NCBI GenBank assembly: GCA_947372965.1
Contig: CANBVR010000001.1
Location: 653-64,652 of the forward strand
Direction: 5' to 3'
Length of the DNA: 64,000 nt
From: Actinomycetota bacterium
GTDB taxonomy: Bacteria > Actinomycetota > Actinomycetes > Nanopelagicales > Nanopelagicaceae
This document shows positions 46,483-55,715 of the stretch, piece after piece. Under the pieces are notes generated by a model. The model had not been told where the DNA came from. It did not search any database and saw nothing but the letters and a program-made list of their open reading frames with translations. Both the position numbers and the translations under genes were made by a program. The first letter of the stretch is position 1; every line of letters begins with the position of its first letter.

Positions 46483-48207
46483 GTGAGCAAGTTACGCAGC
46501 GATGAGTGGTTCTCGGGAGATGATGAAGTAGCTCTCTCGCACCGCGTAGTGATGGCGGCGATAGGCCAAGAGGTTTTGGCGGATAACACCAAGCCAATTA
46601 TTGGAATAGCAGATTCTTCAAGTGAATTAAATCCTTGCAATTTGCCGCTTAGAAATTTCATCCCGGAATTAAAAAGAGGAATCACCGAAGCTGGTGGAAT
46701 TCCGGTTGTCTTTCCAGTTATGTCTCTTGGCGAAGATTTAATGAAGCCAAGTGCGATGCTTTATCGAAATATGCTCTCTATGGAAGTAGAGGAGTATCTT
46801 CGTTCAAATCCACTAGATGGAGTTGTATTACTTGCTAATTGCGATAAAAGTGTTCCTGGTGCACTTATGGGAGCGATTAGCACCGACTTGCCAACAATCA
46901 TGTTTACCGCAGGAGCTAGGCCGATTGCGCAATTCAAAGGTAAGCGAATTGGAACGGGTACTGATCTATGGCGAACTTGGTCAGATTACCGCGCTAAGAA
47001 AATTTCTGAAAAGGAATGGAAAGAATTTGAAAGCTGTCTAAATTGTGGCCTTGGGGCGTGCAACACAATGGGAACCGCTTCTTCAGTAGCGCTCATGGTG
47101 GAAGCACTTGGAATGTCGCTCCCTGGAACTTCAGTAATCCCAGAGAATGATCCGGCGCGCGTAGTTGCAGCTTTTAATTCGGGCAGAGCGATTGTGGAGA
47201 TGGTGAGGAAAAATCGCACACCAGCCTCAATCATGACCCCCGGCGCTTTTAGAAATGCAATGCGCACTTTGCATGCTTGTGGGGGGTCGACAAATGCAAT
47301 CATCCATCTTCTCGCACTCTCTGGGCGAATTGCGGGTGGGTTATCGATTGATCAGATAAATGATCTTGGTAAAGGAATTGCTGTACTTGCAGATGTCGAG
47401 CCATCTGGTGCACAGATGATTCAAGATTTCAATAGCGCTGGCGGCCTTCCTGCGCTCGTAAGTGAAATTGCAGAGCACTTTGAGTTGTCAGAAAAGACTC
47501 TGACTGGGCAGAGCTGGAAAGAAATTATCATTGGCGCCGAAAGTAAAAACTCTTCAATTCGAAATTCAAAAGATCCAACCTACCCCACAGCCGCCTTTGC
47601 AATTGTCAAAGGATCACTCGCTCCAAATGGCGCAGTTATAAAAGTTTCGGCAGCATCAAACGAGCTTTTAAAGCACACCGGCCCAGCTGTCGTCTTTCAT
47701 GGATATCAAGATATGCGCACCAGAATTGATGATCCAGATTTAGAAATTACAAAAGATAGCGTTTTGGTATTAAAGGATTGTGGTCCAGTGGGAGTTCCTG
47801 GGATGCCAGAGTGGGGGATGATCCCAGTTCCAAAGCGATTATTAGAAGCCGGCGTTTTAGATATGGTCCGAATTTCAGATGCTCGAATGAGCGGAACATC
47901 CTTTGGAACCTGCGTCCTCCATGTGGCACCCGAATCGGCAGTTGGTGGCCCATTGGGATTAGTCCAAGATGGTGATCTAATAGAACTAGACGTTCTTTCC
48001 GGTTCGTTAAATTTATTGGTTTCGGCAGAAGAGTTAACAACTCGAAAGAAAAATTGGACAGCGCCAATTTCTGAACATTTGCGAGGCTGGCCGGCGCTTT
48101 ATCAAAGTCACGTCATGCAAGCAGACCTTGGATGTGACTTAGATTTCCTTCGCCCAAAAAATCAGGCGCAAATGCGCTTCATTCCTCCAGTTGTTGGCCG
48201 TTCTTAA
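46483..48207 (+). CDS. IlvD/Edd-family sugar-acid dehydratase copy 2
   Basis: 574 aa with PIIGIADSSSELNPCN, LLANCDKSVPGALMG, CLNCGLGACNTMGTASS and ISDARMSGTSFGT. GTG start. Confidence 0.8.
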   Translation: MSKLRSDEWFSGDDEVALSHRVVMAAIGQEVLADNTKPIIGIADSSSELNPCNLPLRNFIPELKRGITEAGGIPVVFPVMSLGEDLMKPSAMLYRNMLSMEVEEYLRSNPLDGVVLLANCDKSVPGALMGAISTDLPTIMFTAGARPIAQFKGKRIGTGTDLWRTWSDYRAKKISEKEWKEFESCLNCGLGACNTMGTASSVALMVEALGMSLPGTSVIPENDPARVVAAFNSGRAIVEMVRKNRTPASIMTPGAFRNAMRTLHACGGSTNAIIHLLALSGRIAGGLSIDQINDLGKGIAVLADVEPSGAQMIQDFNSAGGLPALVSEIAEHFELSEKTLTGQSWKEIIIGAESKNSSIRNSKDPTYPTAAFAIVKGSLAPNGAVIKVSAASNELLKHTGPAVVFHGYQDMRTRIDDPDLEITKDSVLVLKDCGPVGVPGMPEWGMIPVPKRLLEAGVLDMVRISDARMSGTSFGTCVLHVAPESAVGGPLGLVQDGDLIELDVLSGSLNLLVSAEELTTRKKNWTAPISEHLRGWPALYQSHVMQADLGCDLDFLRPKNQAQMRFIPPVVGRS

Positions 48208-48330
48208 TTCATTTTGTAATCAGAATTTAACCACGATGGTTATATGCAAGAGGCGATCTACACTCTAAAGTTCCTTAAACAAATGAGCCGACTTCTGCCT
48301 TTTTGAAGCGGTCCGGATTAAGGAGAAGGA

Positions 48331-49617
48331 ATGCGCAGAAAATCTCTACTCGCTGGCGTTGTTTCAGCCGCGCTACTTGTTGCGGGTATTGGAACGTCAC
48401 TGACTTCAGCACAAGCTGCAGGTACAACAATTACCATCTGGCACAACCTTGGTACAACTCAGAATGCTGAGGCAGTTAAGGCGCTAACAGATGCATATTC
48501 CAAGAAGAACCCAGGTGTAACTTTCAAACTAGTTGATCAACCTGGTGATAACTATTTCGCTCTGCTTCAAGCAGCAGCAGTTTCAAAGAAGGGTCCAGAT
48601 CTAGCACTAATGTGGACTGGTCTTTTTGCGCTTCAATACAAGAGCTACCTGCAAAATCTTAAGGGCGTAGTTTCTGATGCGGCACTCGCAAATGAAGGTT
48701 CACTAAATTGGTCTGCAAATAATTTTGATGCCAAGAATGGACCTTATGTAATGCCGTTCGACCGTCAGTTCTACATTGGTTTTTATAACAAGGCAGCCTT
48801 TGCAAAGGCCGGCGTAAAGAGTGTTCCAACAAACTGGAACGATCTTTACTCTGCATGTACAAAGCTAAAGAGCGCTGGATACACCCCAATTGTTTACGGT
48901 AATGGTGGCCAGAGCCTTGGCGCGCTTTACTACCCTTGGTATGACGCGAGCTACATTGCGATCGGGCAATCATCTGTTTCCGGTCTTCGCGATCTTTACA
49001 GTGGCGCAAATCAATGGAACTCAGCAAAGAATGTTGATTCTTACAACAAGTACGCAGCACTTAAGACAAAGGGTTGCACAAATGCTGACGTATTGACCAA
49101 GACCAATAACGTTGAAGATTTCATCGGCGGAAAAGCTGCAATGATCATCGACGGAACTTGGGATACCAAGAAGTTCACTGATGCGATGAAGACAAACGTT
49201 GCAGCATTCATCCCTCCATTCTCAGATAAGCCAATCAAGGGCGTCGTTGAATTTGCTGGTCAAGGCCTTGCTATGACCAACTATTCAAAGAACCAAAAGG
49301 CCGCTGGTGCATTCCTTACTTGGATGACAACTATGGATGCAGCAAAGATTGTTGATGGCGTTGGCTTAATCCCTAACGTAAATGGTTCATCGACCTCAAA
49401 CCCAGTCAACCAACAGATGTTGGACTTTGCTTCAAAGCAAGGTTTCACTCGTTACCCAATGCTTGATAACGTCCTTCAAGGTGATGTTGTTGATGCAGGT
49501 AATAAGATCTTGCCTTCTATTCTCGGAGGTAAGACATCTGTAGCCGATGGGTTAAAGCAGATGACTCAAGTTTGGAAGAATCTTCCTGCTGCAAAGCGCG
49601 GAGCTTCCTACAACTAA
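48331..49617 (+). CDS. ABC sugar transporter substrate-binding protein (CUT1/family-1 type), system 1
   Basis: 428 aa with a signal peptide (MRRKSLLAGVVSAALLVAGIGTSLTSAQA) and typical extracellular solute-binding family-1 composition. Two permease genes follow. Confidence 0.8.
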   Translation: MRRKSLLAGVVSAALLVAGIGTSLTSAQAAGTTITIWHNLGTTQNAEAVKALTDAYSKKNPGVTFKLVDQPGDNYFALLQAAAVSKKGPDLALMWTGLFALQYKSYLQNLKGVVSDAALANEGSLNWSANNFDAKNGPYVMPFDRQFYIGFYNKAAFAKAGVKSVPTNWNDLYSACTKLKSAGYTPIVYGNGGQSLGALYYPWYDASYIAIGQSSVSGLRDLYSGANQWNSAKNVDSYNKYAALKTKGCTNADVLTKTNNVEDFIGGKAAMIIDGTWDTKKFTDAMKTNVAAFIPPFSDKPIKGVVEFAGQGLAMTNYSKNQKAAGAFLTWMTTMDAAKIVDGVGLIPNVNGSSTSNPVNQQMLDFASKQGFTRYPMLDNVLQGDVVDAGNKILPSILGGKTSVADGLKQMTQVWKNLPAAKRGASYN

Positions 49618-49638
49618 AGTCAGTTAAGTAATTCGGGG

Positions 49639-49664
49639 TGGGGACTAATATAAATTGGTCCCCA
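49639..49664 (+). terminator. intercistronic hairpin after SBP gene (possible attenuator/mRNA stabiliser)
   Basis: TGGGGAC (49639-49645) pairs with GTCCCCA (49658-49664) across a 12-nt loop, followed by TCTTTA. The U-tract is weak. Confidence 0.35.
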
Positions 49665-49701
49665 TCTTTACTCTCACAGAAGTTAGGAATCAAAACCGGC
49701 A

Positions 49702-50580
49702 ATGAAAAAGGCGAGTCCGCTCTTTAGGCAGCGCCGACGGTCGGGAATTTTATTTTCGTTACCAGCTTTCATTTTGGTCGCCGCATTTTTGGGAATCCCA
49801 ATTATTCAGGCCGGCTTCTTTTCATTCACGGAATGGAACGGCATAACTTCAATCTGGCATGGTGTGAGCACTTACAATCACGAGCTCCACAATCCAATTT
49901 TCTGGCGGGTACTTCAAAATAATGGCTTTCTTTTACTTGGAGTTCCGATAGCAATTCTCTTCCCAATGGGCGTAGCCTTTTTATTAAATGAAAAGGTTTA
50001 CGGCTGGCGTATCTTTCGAAGTATTTATTTTCTGCCAACCGCCATCTCTTGGGTTGTCATCGGAATGGTTTCGATGCGCTTCTTTGCGCAAGAGGGGTTG
50101 CTAAATGGTCTTCTACGTAGCATCGGCCTCGGATTCATCAAGACCGATTTCCTCTCCTCAGAACAAGGTGCGCTCTTCGCGGTAGGAATTACTTTTATTT
50201 GGTCGATGGTGGGAACTAATACGATTATTTTCTTGACTGGTATGGCCACTTTGGATCAATCTCTAAATGAAGCAGCTCGAATGGATGGCGCCGGAAACTT
50301 TCGAATCTTCCGAAGTATTACCTTGCCGCAATTGCGCCGTTTCATTCAATTCTCTTTCATCATTACTGTCATTAGCGCCTTTACTGCGCTCTTTAGCTTG
50401 ATCTTCGTTATGACCGGAGGTGGGCCGGGATTTGGTACAACCACCTTGGAGTTTTTTATCTATCAAAGCGCATTCTCACGCGGTGAATTTGGAACGGGCG
50501 CAATGCTAGGGGTCATCCTCTTCATCATGATGGCTATTCTAGGAATCGGTCAACTTCTTTTGATGAGAAGCGAGGACTAA
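49702..50580 (+). CDS. ABC sugar transporter permease (MalF-like), system 1
   Basis: 6-TM protein with the EAA loop EAARMDGAGNFRIFRSITLPQL. Confidence 0.85.
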   Translation: MKKASPLFRQRRRSGILFSLPAFILVAAFLGIPIIQAGFFSFTEWNGITSIWHGVSTYNHELHNPIFWRVLQNNGFLLLGVPIAILFPMGVAFLLNEKVYGWRIFRSIYFLPTAISWVVIGMVSMRFFAQEGLLNGLLRSIGLGFIKTDFLSSEQGALFAVGITFIWSMVGTNTIIFLTGMATLDQSLNEAARMDGAGNFRIFRSITLPQLRRFIQFSFIITVISAFTALFSLIFVMTGGGPGFGTTTLEFFIYQSAFSRGEFGTGAMLGVILFIMMAILGIGQLLLMRSED

Positions 50581-50583
50581 CAA

Positions 50584-51399
50584 ATGAGAAGCAATCGTTT
50601 TGGGTTAAAGAAAGTAATTGCTTTTATATCGATGGTAATTCTGGCGATTGTGATGCTCTACCCATTCTTTTTCATGATCAGCACTTCTCTCAAATCTAAG
50701 GCGCAGTATTTTGGTGCGCCAGGACATTCGCTTGATTCCTGGAAAAAACTTTTTTCAGTTCTGCCAGTTGGTAAGCAACTTCTAAATTCCACAATTGTTT
50801 GCGCTGGATCAATCGTGATAATTCTGATCGTTTCAACGATGGCCGGATTTGCGATGGCTAAATTGCGATCAAAGGCGTCACCGGTAATCTTCGTTGGAAT
50901 TGTTGGGGCGATGCTTATTCCGCTGCAATCAATCATCATCCCGGCCTATATCAATGCAAGTAAATTGAATTTACTTAGTGGCTATTGGGGAGCGATCTTT
51001 GTCTATGCCGCCCTCGGCACGCCATTTGCAACTTTCTTGATGACATCATATTTCCGAGGCATTCCGGATGATCTCGTAGAGGCCTCTGTTGTTGATGGCT
51101 TGAGCTATTACGGAACGTTTATCCGCATCGCTTTGCCCCTTGCGGTACCTGCAATTATCACGGTTGTGGTCCTTCAATTTATTCAGATTTGGGATGACCT
51201 ATTAGTTGGGTTGCTCTTTATCCAAGAGCCTGCCTACAGAACTATTACCGTTGGCTTGGGCGCCCTATCTGCTGGACGAGTAACTGATATTCCGGTTCTT
51301 ATGGCAGGTTCAATAGTTTCTGCCATTCCAGCTGTTGCGGTATATCTAATCTTCCAGCGACAATTAGTAAATGGACTCACAGCAGGCATTGGAAAGTAA
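50584..51399 (+). CDS. ABC sugar transporter permease (MalG-like), system 1
   Basis: EAA loop EASVVDGLSYYGTFIRIALPLAVP. Confidence 0.85.
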   Translation: MRSNRFGLKKVIAFISMVILAIVMLYPFFFMISTSLKSKAQYFGAPGHSLDSWKKLFSVLPVGKQLLNSTIVCAGSIVIILIVSTMAGFAMAKLRSKASPVIFVGIVGAMLIPLQSIIIPAYINASKLNLLSGYWGAIFVYAALGTPFATFLMTSYFRGIPDDLVEASVVDGLSYYGTFIRIALPLAVPAIITVVVLQFIQIWDDLLVGLLFIQEPAYRTITVGLGALSAGRVTDIPVLMAGSIVSAIPAVAVYLIFQRQLVNGLTAGIGK

Positions 51400-52281
51400 A
51401 TGAAGATTGTCGTAACTGGCGCTACCGGATTACTCGGAAGCCACACTGCAAAGTTTCTAGCAAGCCAGGGGCATGAAGTAGTTGGCGTTGATCGCAAAGC
51501 TGGGGAAGTAGAAGGCGTAAAGATTGTTGTTGGCGACATCAGCGATCTGGCTTTCTGTGACAGTGTTATTGCTGGCGCCGATGGCGTCGTGCACTTGGGA
51601 GCTATACCAAACCCAATCGATGTTCGTCAGTATGAAGTATTTAAGAACAACACAGTTTCTACCTTCGCAGTATTTACTGCTGCAGCCCAAGCAAAAGTTA
51701 AAACTGTTGTTTATGCCTCAAGTCTTTCGGCCTATGGCTTTGCTTATTCCGATGAATGGACCTCACCGCTTTTTGTTCCAGTAGATGAATCGCACCCGAT
51801 GATTTACGAAGAGAGTTATGCACTTTCAAAGGAAGTAAATGAACTTTCGGCAAAAATGTGGTCCAAGCGTTGTGACACAGCTTTTGTTGCAATGCGTTTT
51901 CCCTGGACGAATATGCCGGATAAGACTTTGGAGCTGGCACGCCGTTTTGAATTAGAAGAAACTGGCCAAGTACTAGATGAGAACCCAAGGTTTCCACCAG
52001 GAATTGTTTCGAAAATCCTTTGGACCTATTTAGATTTGCGCGATGCAACTGCCGCGATCGAAGTTGTTTTGAAGAGCGATATAAAAGGCGCCCATGCATT
52101 TAACTTTGCTGCCCCAGATACGATGGCTAAAAAGCCGACCGCAGAATTGATGGCCAGATTCCACCCAAAGAGCGAGGTCCGTGGCGATATTTCGGGTCAT
52201 AAAGCCCCGCTATCTAGCCAGGCATTTATCGATACCTTCGGCTATCAGCCCCAATATCTCTTCAATCGGGACGAAATTTAG
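51400..52281 (+). CDS. NAD-dependent epimerase/dehydratase family protein
   Basis: MKIVVTGATGLLGSH Rossmann motif and YALSK catalytic motif. It starts directly after the permease stop. Confidence 0.7.
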   Translation: MKIVVTGATGLLGSHTAKFLASQGHEVVGVDRKAGEVEGVKIVVGDISDLAFCDSVIAGADGVVHLGAIPNPIDVRQYEVFKNNTVSTFAVFTAAAQAKVKTVVYASSLSAYGFAYSDEWTSPLFVPVDESHPMIYEESYALSKEVNELSAKMWSKRCDTAFVAMRFPWTNMPDKTLELARRFELEETGQVLDENPRFPPGIVSKILWTYLDLRDATAAIEVVLKSDIKGAHAFNFAAPDTMAKKPTAELMARFHPKSEVRGDISGHKAPLSSQAFIDTFGYQPQYLFNRDEI

Positions 52282-52310
52282 GCTCAGATTTTCCTTGGAT
52301 TAGTCCAAAA

Positions 52311-52353
52311 TTGCCCATTTTTGATAACGAAAGCGTTATCCCGAAATGGGCAA
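52311..52353. promoter_or_regulatory. nested inverted repeat (17 bp of pairing) between the two ABC operons
   Basis: TTGCCCATTT-TT-GATAACG-AAAG-CGTTATC-CCG-AAATGGGCAA, read directly. There is no U-tract on the plus strand, so it is not a canonical intrinsic terminator. Confidence 0.5.
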
Positions 52354-52447
52354 AATATGTTGAAAATAATCACCCCTACCCCAAAGATTGCACCTAAGTG
52401 CAGGGGCAGCCTTGCATAAACCTACTTCTACGTAGAATGGAAACTGA

Positions 52448-53725
52448 ATGCTAAAAAAGTCAAAACTAGCAATCGTTCTTGCTGCGGTTGGTGCACTTGT
52501 TGCAACAACAGTTCCAGCATCACACGCTGCTACAAATAAGCAATTAGAAATCTTCACCTGGTGGGCATCAGGCGGAGAAGCTGCAGGTCTTGCAGGAATG
52601 ACCTCAGAGTTCACAAAGCAAAACCCAGACACACCATTTATCAACGCATCAGTAGCTGGTGCTGCTGGCGTTAACGCAAAGGGTGTTCTTGTATCACGTA
52701 TGGCTGCAGGTAACCCACCTGATACTTTCCAAGCTCACGCTGGTGCAGAACTTTCTTCATACGTAAAGGCTGGTCAAGTTGAAGACCTAACATTCCTTTA
52801 CAAGCAAGAAGGTTGGGACAAAGTATTCCCAGCTGGTCTTATTAAGACACTTACAACAAACGGAAAGATTTACTCTGTTCCTGTAAACATCCACCGTGCA
52901 AACGTTCTATGGTGGAACCCAGCAACAGCTAAGAAGGTCGGCGTAAAGGCTGCACCAAAGACAATCGAAGCAATGATTGCTGACATGGCTAAGGCTAAGA
53001 AGGCTGGCATTGACGGAATCGCACTAGCTGGTAACGGCGACTGGGCGATTGCTCACCTATTCGATGTTGTTCTTCTTGGAACAATGGGAGCTGCTAAGTA
53101 CGACGGTCTATGGAAGGGCAAAACAGCCTGGACATCTCCAGAAGTATCAAAGGCAGTAGATAACCTAGGAAAGATTCTTTCTTACGGAAATGCTTCAAAG
53201 TCACTTGACTGGCCAGATGCTGGCAAGCTTGTAACTGGTGGCAAGGCTCTTTACTTCATCATGGGTGACTGGGCTTCATCACAATGGCAATCAGACGGCC
53301 TAAAGCTAGGTACTGATTACACATGGGCACCAGCTCCAAACTCAGTTGATAAGTCACCTGTTTACATGTGGCTATCAGACTCATTCACACTTCCAAAGGG
53401 TGCTGTAAACCGCGATGCAGGTATTGCATGGCTTAAGGTTTGCGGATCACTTGCAGGACAAGATGCGTTCAACCCTAAGAAGGGTTCAATTGCAGTCCGT
53501 AAGGATTCAAACCCAGCACTTTATGACAGCTACCTACAAGCTGCTATGAAGGAATGGAAAGTCGACACACTAGTTGGTTCAACTGTTCACGGCGTTAACT
53601 ACGGAAACGCTGGAATGGCTGCATACGACTCAGCAGTCGGCAAGTTCTACACAGGTGGAGGCAAGGACAAGGCTGGCCTAGTTAAGGCTCTTGTTGCTGC
53701 TTACAAGGCTAACGCTGCTGCATAA
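52448..53725 (+). CDS. ABC sugar transporter substrate-binding protein, system 2
   Basis: 425 aa with a signal peptide (MLKKSKLAIVLAAVGALVATTVPASHA) followed by LEIFTWWASGGE. Two permease genes follow. Confidence 0.8.
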   Translation: MLKKSKLAIVLAAVGALVATTVPASHAATNKQLEIFTWWASGGEAAGLAGMTSEFTKQNPDTPFINASVAGAAGVNAKGVLVSRMAAGNPPDTFQAHAGAELSSYVKAGQVEDLTFLYKQEGWDKVFPAGLIKTLTTNGKIYSVPVNIHRANVLWWNPATAKKVGVKAAPKTIEAMIADMAKAKKAGIDGIALAGNGDWAIAHLFDVVLLGTMGAAKYDGLWKGKTAWTSPEVSKAVDNLGKILSYGNASKSLDWPDAGKLVTGGKALYFIMGDWASSQWQSDGLKLGTDYTWAPAPNSVDKSPVYMWLSDSFTLPKGAVNRDAGIAWLKVCGSLAGQDAFNPKKGSIAVRKDSNPALYDSYLQAAMKEWKVDTLVGSTVHGVNYGNAGMAAYDSAVGKFYTGGGKDKAGLVKALVAAYKANAAA

Positions 53726-53772
53726 GCTGCCTTAGTTTCACCAGTAAGAAGAACTAGCAAGAAATTGCAAAG

Positions 53773-53802
53773 ATTCTGGTGGGGGTAAATCCCCACCAGA
53801 AT
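53773..53802 (+). terminator. hairpin after SBP gene (terminator/attenuator)
   Basis: ATTCTGGTGGGG (53773-53784) and CCCCACCAGAAT (53791-53802) form a perfect 12-bp stem with a 6-nt loop, followed by only TTG. Confidence 0.55.
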
Positions 53803-53887
53803 TTGCAGTTATAGGGCATATATACGACTAGAGTTCGTGAATACTTCCGAACTGGTCATAAAATTTTTTGAGAGGTGCGTGTAACTA

Positions 53888-54799
53888 GTGGCGCTAACAC
53901 TTAGCCGCAAGAAGAGAATTTCAAGTCCGTGGGGTGGATTCTTCTTCGTTCTACCTTCAATCATTGCAGTAGCAGTCTTCGTATACGGAATGATCGGCTG
54001 GACACTTAAATTCTCGCTAAGTAACCGCACTAATGCTTGGTCGAAAGATAATAGTTTTGCTGGCTTAAAGAACTTCACTGGACTTCTAGAAGATCCAGAA
54101 TTTACTCATGCTTTTGGCAACTTGATGAAGTTCACCGTGGTCTTTATGTTCGGAACTTTGCTCTCCGGTTTGATCATGTCGCTACTCCTTGAAAAAGGAA
54201 TTCGCGGAGAAGGTTTCTTCCGTTCGATCTATCTCTATCCAATGGCAATCTCATTTATCGCAATGGGAACTTCTTGGCGATGGTTGATGGACTCAGCTCG
54301 CGATGACAAGGGAACAGGTCTTAATCACCTCTTCCACATGGCGCATTTAAATTTCTTGCAAAACGATTGGTACTCATCAGAGAAGGCATCGATGTATGCG
54401 ATGGCCTTACCTGCAATCTGGCAGATGTCAGGTTATGTAATGGCGCTCTTCCTTGCCGGGTTCCGCGGAATCCCAGATGACCTTCGCGAAGCAGCTCGAG
54501 TAGATGGTGCTACCGAATTTAAGATTTATCGCCACATCCTCTTCCCACAGCTAAAGCCAACTTTTCTAACCGTTCTTATTATCTTGGGCCATATTTCTAT
54601 GAAGGTCTTTGATTTAATTTACGGTATTGCTACAAAGTCTTATGTAACAAAGGTTCTTGCAATTTATATGTGGCAAGTTATCTTCGATTTCCAGAATTAC
54701 GCAAAGGGCTCGGCGATTGCCATGGTTATCTTGGTAATTATTGCTGTTGTAGTTATTCCATACTTGATTTACGTGAATAAGACAGAGGAGATGAAGTAA
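53888..54799 (+). CDS. ABC sugar transporter permease, system 2
   Basis: GTG start, 6 TM segments, EAA loop EAARVDGATEFKIYRHILFPQLKP. Confidence 0.85.
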   Translation: MALTLSRKKRISSPWGGFFFVLPSIIAVAVFVYGMIGWTLKFSLSNRTNAWSKDNSFAGLKNFTGLLEDPEFTHAFGNLMKFTVVFMFGTLLSGLIMSLLLEKGIRGEGFFRSIYLYPMAISFIAMGTSWRWLMDSARDDKGTGLNHLFHMAHLNFLQNDWYSSEKASMYAMALPAIWQMSGYVMALFLAGFRGIPDDLREAARVDGATEFKIYRHILFPQLKPTFLTVLIILGHISMKVFDLIYGIATKSYVTKVLAIYMWQVIFDFQNYAKGSAIAMVILVIIAVVVIPYLIYVNKTEEMK

Positions 54800-55695
54800 T
54801 GAGTTCTGACCTAGTCGATCGCGTAACGCAATCTAAGGATATTTCCCGGAATAAGAAGAAGCTTGATGGCGTTGGCCAATTTTGGTTGGTCTTCCGCTAT
54901 ATCGCGCTAACAATCCTTTTTGTTATCGCAGCTCTTCCTATTTACATCATGGTTGTTAACTCAGTTAAAGGAATTACTGGCGTTACACAATCAGCGGCTT
55001 TCCTACCACCGAGCCATCTGAACTTTGGTGCCTGGGGTCCAACTTGGAAGGTCTTGCGCGAGCCAATGCAGCGCACTCTCTTCTTCGTGCTTCAGTCTTC
55101 AATCATTTCTGCAATTGTCGGATCCATTAACGGTTTCGTATTTGCAAAGTGGAAGTTCAAGGGTTCAACCTTTATCTTCACACTCTTCCTATTCGGAATG
55201 TTTATTCCTTACCAAGCAATCATGATTCCTTTGACTCAGTTCAACCACTGGGCTGGAATTGGTGGAACGATTTACGTTTTGGTTGTTGCTCACGTTATCT
55301 ACGGTATTCCGATCTGTACTTTGATCTTCCGTAACTACTACGCAGCAATTCCAAATGAATTGATCGAGGCTGCTCGTGTTGATGGCGCCGGAATGGTTCG
55401 AATCTTCCGCACAATCATCTTGCCGCTATCAATCCCAGGATTCGTTGTTGTTCTGATCTGGCAGTTCACCTCTGCTTGGAATGACTTCCTCTTCGCGATC
55501 TTCCTTACAGGTGGATCACCAAAGCTTGCTGTTGCAACTACCGCACTAAACTTCATTACCGGTTCAGGTAATCAGGTTTATTACGGAAACAACATGACAG
55601 CTTCGCTGATTGTTTCGATCCCAACCTTGTTGGTTTATATGTTCCTAGGTCGTTACTTCTTGCGTGGTCTGCTATCTGGATCGCTAAAGGGTTAA
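54799..55695 (+). CDS. ABC sugar transporter permease, system 2
   Basis: EAA loop EAARVDGAGMVRIFRTIILPLS. Its start overlaps the upstream stop. Confidence 0.85.
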   Translation: MSSDLVDRVTQSKDISRNKKKLDGVGQFWLVFRYIALTILFVIAALPIYIMVVNSVKGITGVTQSAAFLPPSHLNFGAWGPTWKVLREPMQRTLFFVLQSSIISAIVGSINGFVFAKWKFKGSTFIFTLFLFGMFIPYQAIMIPLTQFNHWAGIGGTIYVLVVAHVIYGIPICTLIFRNYYAAIPNELIEAARVDGAGMVRIFRTIILPLSIPGFVVVLIWQFTSAWNDFLFAIFLTGGSPKLAVATTALNFITGSGNQVYYGNNMTASLIVSIPTLLVYMFLGRYFLRGLLSGSLKG

Positions 55696-55715
55696 AACTT
55701 CCTTAACCTTATTTA

